Positions 10,150-16,871 of a stretch of DNA of 16,871 nt are shown piece by piece. The notes under the pieces are model-generated. The model had not been told where the DNA came from. It made no database searches and saw only the letters and a list, made by a program, of their open reading frames with translations. This stretch comes from Octopus sinensis (taxonomy: Eukaryota), in assembly GCF_006345805.1 (NCBI RefSeq), contig NW_021825068.1, positions 1 to 16,871 on the forward strand, written 5' to 3'. Numbering within the stretch: position 1 is the first letter of the stretch; the number at the start of each line of letters is the position of its first letter. The translations under genes were made by a program, and so were the position numbers.

Positions 10150-10204
10150 AATAATAATAATAACAACAACAACAACAACAACAATAATAATAATAATAAT
10201 AATG

Positions 10205-10278
<74 letters not shown>
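10150..10278. repeat. (AAT)n/(AAC)n microsatellite
   Basis: Direct reading; source of the poly-N and poly-L ORFs. Confidence 0.97.
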
Positions 10279-10279
<1 letters not shown>

Positions 10280-10775
10280 GTTCGTCTTTACGTTGGCTGC
10301 TTACATTTTGTGTCAGTGTAGTGTGATATTCTAAAAGAATATATCGAGTTAAGATCAGAGAAAACATCTATGATTCTTTAGATCTACCGATTTAACTTTT
10401 GTCACATGATACCAATTATTCACAATAGGGAGAGGACTGTACTTGATTATAGATTATTTTCAGCTAAAACATTAGTTAAATACACTAATTAGTGTCTGCT
10501 TATGATGTAAAACTGAATGTAATATAAAATAATTCAATTATTATCAACTTACAAAATTAGAGCTGGAACAATATAAAAGAGAGTTTAAATATCGTCAGCC
10601 AACTAACAGCCAGATAGTATCTGACGGCCAAAATGATTCTAAGAAAGACTTTAATAGAGATGAGGCATAATTAGCAGCCGTCGAAACGATGATTACCGAC
10701 GTGAGAACAGAAATGTTGGCCACGTAAATATCTTCATAGCGTTACCTTATTCTTACTCATACTGATTCCATCAGT

Positions 10776-10792
10776 ATTATTATTATTATTAC

Positions 10793-10844
<52 letters not shown>
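10776..10844. repeat. (TTA)n microsatellite
   Basis: Direct reading. Confidence 0.97.
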
Positions 10845-11366
10845 GAGTGAGAGAGCAGTGCATTCCATCAAAGTGACACTGGGGTAAAATATAAGAAGCC
10901 CAGTATACCCATCATGACTACCCGTCTAATAAGGATACACCAGGCACATGCATCACAACCATATGTGCGCGATATGGTGATCTCATAAAAAGATAAACAG
11001 CACATGACCTTGCAGGTGGGGCCCAGTTAGAATTTTCTTCAGGTTGAGTAGCCCATCCCGCTCAAAAGGCCCCTGAATAAGGGTTGTTTAAGGATGTTGA
11101 AAGAACCACCCATGTTTCCAGAGGTGAATTATTCAAACCCCAAAGAATCCCTCTCAACACATGGCTATGATGCTCCCCCACTACTTCTACTCGTGATCAG
11201 AGATGCACATATCGTCAGCCACTAAGGGACATGCTCAACTGGTTAAGGTCAAACAACTGACAAGCAAATCTGTGGTATTGAGCAGAATATTTGCTGTAGC
11301 CCATCTTTTATACCAAGACAAAACAATGTACATGATAACACTTCCAATCAGTTAAGATTAGAAGCC

Positions 11367-11367
<1 letters not shown>
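10845..11367 (-). mobile_element. Unassigned 523-bp insert bounded by (TTA)n on both sides; probable 3' UTR portion of a non-LTR retroelement
   Basis: Sharp boundaries against (TTA)n at 10844 and 11368, higher GC than the flanks, and no ORF. Strand is inferred from the longer (TAA)n being the tail. Confidence 0.5.
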
Positions 11368-11397
<30 letters not shown>

Positions 11398-11399
<2 letters not shown>

Positions 11400-11536
11400 G
11401 GAACAGCTCAAGCGTTCCAGAGAGTGCTTGAAAAATAAAAGGGTGCTACTTCAGTTCACCGGTAGGGAACAGCTGACACCGTAATAAATCCCTAGCATTA
11501 GGAACCGTACAAAGAAAACATAATGATAGTAGTAAT
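11398..11536 (+). mobile_element. Extreme 3' end of RLE-type (R4/Dong-like) non-LTR retrotransposon
   Basis: GTAQAFQRVLEK* (11400-11438) parallels GTARIL..ILEA of the copy at 15600-16139. The 3' UTRs share ACAGCTG(A/T)CAC. Preceded by (TTA)n and ends in TAATGATAGTAGTAAT. Confidence 0.7.
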
Positions 11537-11720
11537 CCTTTCTACTATAGGCACAAAACTTGAAATTTGGGGTGAGAGTTTTAGTCGAAATTTCTTCGAC
11601 CCCAGAGCACATTTAGTGCTTATTTTATAGACCCCCGAAAGGCTAAAAAGGCAAAGTCCCTTCGTTGACATCGCAACCCCCGAAAGGCTAAAAAGACAAA
11701 GTCCCTTCGTTGACATCGCA
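11534..11720 (-). mobile_element. SINE family A 3' fragment ending in a 45-bp tandem duplication
   Basis: CCTTTCTACTATAGGCACAA..CGACCCCAG..ACCCCCGAAAGG..GGCAAAGTC. 11631-11675 is repeated at 11676-11720 with one mismatch. Confidence 0.85.
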
Positions 11721-11735
11721 GCTGCAAGTCAACGA

Positions 11736-11875
11736 AGTAAAACTAGTAAAGTCATCATGTACCCCTCCTACATGGAGAAACGTACAGCTCGTGTCTGCAT
11801 TCCTAAAATCCCCGCAGGACTAGATATTTGGTGGTTTCTGGGATGCGTAATCGTGGAGGGGACGGATACTGTCCC
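11736..11875 (+). mobile_element. Internal ORF1 fragment of the same LINE family as 7211-9060, inverted
   Basis: Reverse-complement match to 8831-8975, including 56 identical nt (CGCAGGAC..GACGGATA). Reads SKTSKVIMYPSYMEKRTARVCIPKIPAGLDIWWFLGCVIVEGTD. Confidence 0.92.
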
Positions 11876-12360
11876 ATCAGCAGGGTTGCTGTTTGGCCGT
11901 CTAGAAATAGCAACCAAATCTCTCACAGATTTCTTCCTATTGTTTAAGGAAAGAATATGTTGGATAAAGTTTGGGGGTTTCTTGTAGAACGGTAATGCTC
12001 GAGGTATACTCTCGATCTAGGCTGACATGGAGTTTAAACAACACCGATAACGAAGCAATTAGATAAAGAGTCTGTACTCGATTCGAATAATTCGATGACA
12101 ATTTAGAAACATTGTAAATTTAATTGCTGGACGGTCTCCAGCTTCCTTCCTGAACATATCTTGAGACAATTACGTCTTTGGCAACAAGACACAATCATTT
12201 TATATGTGAAATTCTCTGTATGTCTTTTGTTTTTGTTTGTTTTGTTTTTTTATTCTGATGTTAGATTGCCAATGTTGTGAGAGCTTTATAATACATTATA
12301 GGACAGAAGACATTACTGAGCATCATCAAATATACTTTATTTGCTTACTTAAAAAGTTTT

Positions 12361-12945
12361 AATATTCCTTTATACTCTAGGCACAAGGCCCGAAATTTGG
12401 GGAATGGGGCCAATCGATTAGATCGACCCCAGTTCGCAAATAGTACTTAATTTATCGACTCCGAAAGGATGAAAGGCAAAGTCGACCTCAGCAGAATTTG
12501 AACTCGACAGACGAAATACCTATTTCTTTACAATACCTATTTTTTTACAAGGGGCTAAACACAGGGAGGACAAACAAGGACAGACAAACGGATTAAGTCG
12601 ATTGCATCGAACCCAGCGCGTAACTGGTACTTATTTAATCGACCCCGAAAGGATGAAAGGCAAAGTCGACCTCGGCGGAATTTTAACTCAGAAAGTAGCG
12701 GCAGACGAAATACCTATTTCTTTGCTACCCACAAGGGGCTAAACACAGAGAGGACAAACAAGGACATACAAACGGATTAAGTCGATTATATCGACTCCAG
12801 TGCACAACTGGTACTTAATTTATCGACCCCGAAAGGATGAAAGGCAAAGTCGACCACGGCGGAATTTGAACTCAGAACGTAACGACAGACGAAGTACGGC
12901 TAAGCATTTCGCCCGGCAGGCTAACGTTTCTGCCAGCTCGCCGCC
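12361..12945 (-). mobile_element. SINE family A, long form with three internal modules
   Basis: Head at 12945 (GGCGGCGAGCTGGCAGAAACG on minus). CGAC(C/T)CCGAAAGGATGAAAGGCAAAGTCGACC occurs at 12456, 12640 and 12824 (period 184). Normal SINE-A 3' end. Confidence 0.92.
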
Positions 12946-12960
12946 ATTAAAAAAGGATTG

Positions 12961-13363
12961 AATGTTCTTTTCTACACTAGGCACAAGGCCCGAAATTTTG
13001 GGGGAGGGGGCCAGTCGATTAGATCAATCCCGGTATGCAACTGGTACTTAATTTATTGACTCCGAAAGGATGAAAGGCAAAGTGGACCTCGACTGAATAT
13101 GAACTCAGAACATAAAGACAGACGAAATACCTATTTCTTTACTACCCTCAAGCGGCTAAACACAAAGAGGACAAACAAGGACAGACAAACGGATTGAGTC
13201 GATTATATCGATCCCAGTTCGTAACTGGTACTTATTTAATCGACCTCGAAAGGATGAAAGGCAAAGTCGACCACGGTGGAATTTGAACTCAGAACGTAAC
13301 GGCAGACGAAATACCGCTAAGCATTTCGCCTAGCGTGATAACGTTTCTACCATCCTCGTCGCT
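12961..13363 (-). mobile_element. SINE family A, long form with two internal modules
   Basis: Same module at 13057 and 13241 (period 184); head ends near 13363. Confidence 0.92.
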
Positions 13364-13374
13364 CATTCTTGCTA

Positions 13375-13745
13375 CACCACACGTCGTCCTTCTTGTAATA
13401 GCTTGCTTTCTCAGCGACTTCCGAAAGTTTTCAGAACATATTTTGACTCCTTCGCAGTTAGTCTAAGATCTCTGCGCATCGAGCAAACGCTGATTCCAAC
13501 AAATTCTCTAAAAAACACGCTTGTTGTATTACAGCTATTGCTTCCATAGTGTTCACCAACTCACAGTATTTTCTCTCTTTCTTGAGGAAAGTGTCTTCGA
13601 AGTTCCCTTGCCAGATAACTGTTAGCTTTCCTATGTTATCCACCTTCCTTTCTTGGTACAATATGAGAAGGTTGGGTCTTTTGGTGGTAAAATGTGAGAA
13701 GTGATATTTACTGTCAAGCAATCAAAATCCCCAGAGAACTGTCTT
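13375..13745 (-). pseudogene. RLE endonuclease fragment of an R2-superfamily (Hero-like) retrotransposon
   Basis: TTKRPNLLILYQERKVDNIGKLTVIWQGNFEDTFLKKERKYCELV fits the RPD..ELTVPWE..K..KY pattern, with catalytic residues decayed. Confidence 0.65.
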
Positions 13746-13799
13746 TATTGGAAACACTTATTACTATTATCTCATTATTTAAGCATCTTGACAAATCCC

Positions 13800-14095
<296 letters not shown>

Positions 14096-14254
14096 CAGCG
14101 GTAGACGCTTATCGTGGTTACTTTTGGATCAAAGCGTTTTCGATAATTATAACTGACTTTAGAGCACACTAATTTTGGAAACAATAACTAATCGATAACA
14201 TTATCCGTGATTAGAAAAAGCGATTTCTACTGTATGTGGGTTTATTTTTTTATT

Positions 14255-14422
14255 TTTTTCAGTCTTTGGATTGCGCGTCTCGCCGAGGCACCGCTTTGAA
14301 TTATTTTAATCAACCAAGTTCCACCCCCAGTTCTTATCTTAATGACTGTGCATACTCATCGTTCCCTTTTTGCCGAACTACTAGGTTACGAGAAAGAACA
14401 TAAGCGAATCAACACTAGTTGA
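14255..14422 (-). mobile_element. SINE family B, degraded 3' fragment
   Basis: TTTCAGTCTTTGGATTGCG..GGCACCGC..TTTTGCCGAACTACTAGGTTACG resembles the reverse complement of 9365-9497. Confidence 0.65.
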
Positions 14423-15471
14423 TGTTATGGTATATCAAATGCAAAACTACATAAAGTTTTGATTTATTAAAACTACATCCGTCTTTATAACATATGTCAC
14501 AGTTACCAATTAGCAAGTGAGAACAGCTTCCTGAGATGGGGGAATAATCTCAAGGACTAAAAATTTCTCCGAAATTGACATGTCACGAAGGAAAAGGACA
14601 GGCATATTGCCTGGAGATAGGAGGAAATAGTAGACACGTATTTCTGCCTCAAAAGGGTGTCATCAGCACAGCAGCTGTTTTAACCTGCAGCCTGGAGACA
14701 TAGACATATATAAAATAAAAGAACACATATATATCCTGTATAATTTGTATGAATTAAAGAAAAATGGACTAAGAGAAACAATTCACAATAGCCAGTGGCA
14801 TGTATGTGAGCATCAGAGCCAAGTTCAATTATATCAAATACCATGCAACATAGATGCTTGGTTAATTAATACTATCTCTTTTTCTAGAGAAGATAGTTTT
14901 AATCAACTGAGAATAGCTTCAGTTCACTGGTCATTAAAGAAAAGGGAAGCTTGTTTGCTTGAGATAGTGTTTTTTTTTTTTCTTTTTGCTTGTCTCTGTG
15001 TATCTTTTCTCTGGTAGAAAACATCTGTCCGAGGTACCATACATTGTAACCGAACGCGAAACTTTATGTTTGCGAAGGGAATTCTTAACACCACAGCCAC
15101 GCCTACACCCTGAACTATAATTGTTGTCAGGTTTGGGGAAAGAAATAACACCATCTGGCGGAAGGTGTTACCGGAGTGAGATAAACTTTAAAGGCACAGA
15201 TGCGCAGTCAGCCTTTATGGTCAGGCTATCTGTAGTTTTGTTGGGGTTTCTACGAGTAACACCCGAAATTTTTCCTTTTGAGGGAAAATGATCATATTTA
15301 AAATACTTTTGTTACTGTTATTTTCTTTGTACGAGCTCTTTTATGTAATCCCACATCGTATCACCCTGTACCGTCCCAATTGTTTTGTGAACCCTAAGTA
15401 TTTAAAAGAGAAAATAGTATTGATATCACTATTATTTTTATTACATAGCAGCATTTCATATGCCTTTACTT

Positions 15472-15600
15472 TCTGAGTTCAAATTCCATCGAGATCCACT
15501 TCGCCTTTTATCCTTTCGGAGTCAATAAAATAAGCAACAATTGAACATTGGGGAGCGATGTAATCGACTAACCTTCTCCCGAACTTGAACCGATTATTAT
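15472..15600 (+). mobile_element. SINE family A, 5'-truncated fragment
   Basis: TCTGAGTTCAAATTCC..GCCTTTTATCCTTTCGGAGTCAATAAAATAAG..GATGTAATCGACT. Confidence 0.8.
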
Positions 15601-16139
15601 AATCATTATTCTTTGATGAAAACTCTAAGCTTATTTTGCTGGGTATGATAGAAGTGACAGCTGTCCATAGCAGCAGACTAAGGTGGCACTTGTATACTGG
15701 TAATGCTTCAAGAATCCTGAAGAATTCTTGCTGTTCCAAGCAATACTGATTTTTGTAAGTGTTCTACTTTCACACTTGCACCAATCTTTTCTTATATCCC
15801 AATCTTTTTTTAGTCATGCTGGTAGTTGGGAGTTGATACTTCTAAGGGCGCCAATTACTATTGTATCACGTCTACTCTCCTCTTTGACCGCAACCTTTGT
15901 ATATTCCACTTCAAATCGTCACAGTTGTTCAGTTGTTCTTCTTTCTCTCTGATCCTATTGCACCGAGACATGCTATGTCGATTATTATGCATGTTTTTCT
16001 TTTTCATTCACCACGACAATGTCCAGTTTCCGATGTCTGGTCAGGTGATCGCACCGAATCATTGCATCCTTCAGAATTTTGCAATCTTCATTCTCAGTGA
16101 ATCCTACTGTGGTTTGCTTACACCACGTATTTGCTCTTT
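15600..16139 (-). mobile_element. 5'-truncated RLE-type (R4/Dong-like) non-LTR retrotransposon: endonuclease domain and 3' UTR
   Basis: ENEDCKILKDAMIRCDHLTRHRKLDIVVVNEK / KTCIIIDIACLG / NRIREKEEQLNNCDDLKWNIQRL / IVIGAL / HLQKSVLLGTARIL across frameshifts, with a (TAA)-like tail near 15592-15610. Confidence 0.85.
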
Positions 16140-16146
16140 GTAGGCT

Positions 16147-16304
16147 GTGAATTCCCTGTCCCCGAAGTTAACTTTACCTTTCATTCTTTCGGGGTCGATA
16201 AATTAAGTACCAGTTGAGTACTGGTTCGATCTGATCGACTGGCCACTTCCCACCAAATGTCAGGCCTTGTGCCTATAGTAGAAATGATTATTATTATTAT
16301 TATT
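16147..16304 (+). mobile_element. SINE family A, 5'-truncated, with (ATT)n tail
   Basis: CCTTTCATTCTTTCGGGGTCGATAAATTAAGTACCAG..CAGGCCTTGTGCCTATAGTAGAAATG(ATT)n. Confidence 0.88.
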
Positions 16305-16336
16305 AGTAGTAGTAGTAGTAGTATAGTAGTAGTAGT

Positions 16337-16367
<31 letters not shown>
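16287..16367. repeat. Graded trinucleotide tract (ATT)n-(AGT)n-(AGC)n
   Basis: Direct reading. Confidence 0.95.
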
Positions 16368-16369
<2 letters not shown>

Positions 16370-16871
16370 TCTGTTGTTTGTAATGAAGTGTAATTGAAAC
16401 CGTAAATGAGGGTGAGATAAACAAAGCCACTATGACACGTGATGAGTATTAACAAAACCCGTGTAATATCTAAGGAAAAACAAAAAGAAGGTTGGTGATA
16501 TTATCTTAAGATATCAGCGTATTTGACAAATTCTTGTTCTGCGTGTGTACATACGAAAGAATATGAAGTTGAGGACGTATATATATACTTATGTTATACC
16601 CGTGTGCGTAAAAATACACATAATTTATATACGTGTATACATCTAACTCTGTGTGGACATGTGCGTGCGTGCGTGCAACTGTATGTAAGCAGAAACATTC
16701 AACTTGCACACATTTACCAAAGAGAAAACAATGGAAATTCATAGTGAGCAATGTAGCTTTAATCCTTTAGTAAGAGATGGAAATAAAGAAACAAATCCTT
16801 TATTAAGCCTGACATTTAGTTCTTGCGTTCGCTACGAACGTATGTGCGCAATAACGTACGTACGTACGTGC

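Noticed and set aside
10591-10690. Hammerhead-like arrangement ATCGTC..CTGACGG..GAAACGAT
   Set aside because: Stem III pairs, but the core is CUGACGG rather than CUGANGA, and stems I and II do not close next to the core.
10589-11221. 13-bp exact repeat ATATCGTCAGCCA at 10589 and 11209
   Set aside because: Does not bound any element and homology barely extends; plausibly chance.
12440-13310. Regularly spaced repeats resembling a CRISPR array
   Set aside because: The intervening sequences are also repeated, the units are SINE modules, the context is eukaryotic, and there are no cas genes.
14636-14672. Minus-strand CTGATGA..GAAA (similar motif near 8013-8049)
   Set aside because: No closing pair for stem II and no stem I; not a hammerhead ribozyme.
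14505-14700. Minus-strand ADDTL peptide and acceptor-like TCTCCAG, suggesting an RT fragment or exon
   Set aside because: Only a five-residue resemblance, with stops close by in all frames; insufficient support.

Overview
AT-rich, repeat-saturated eukaryotic non-coding DNA (intron or intergenic). The SINE families and microsatellite load look like an octopus/coleoid cephalopod genome, an inference from recognition and not a database result. I find no intact protein-coding gene. Nearly all listed ORFs are microsatellite translations, antisense frames of transposons, or pieces of decayed transposon genes. Content: (1) a full-length but dead Tc1/mariner element of DD41D (rosa-like) type at 706-1943; (2) a half Tc1 (DD34E) element nested in a SINE at 4896-5580; (3) a decayed L1/Tx1-like LINE (ORF1 plus APE start) at 7211-9060, with a second inverted ORF1 fragment at 11736-11875; (4) three 3' fragments of RLE-type (R2/R4/Hero-like) non-LTR retrotransposons; (5) about 15 copies or fragments of three tRNA-derived SINE families (called A, B, C here); (6) an unassigned 523-bp insert bounded by (TTA)n; (7) many microsatellites. 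I do not see a convincing new biological system. The best leads are structural: a hairpin/duplication junction capturing an inverted LINE piece, both DNA transposons landing at the same site in SINE-B, and SINE-A copies multimerised with a fixed 184-bp module.
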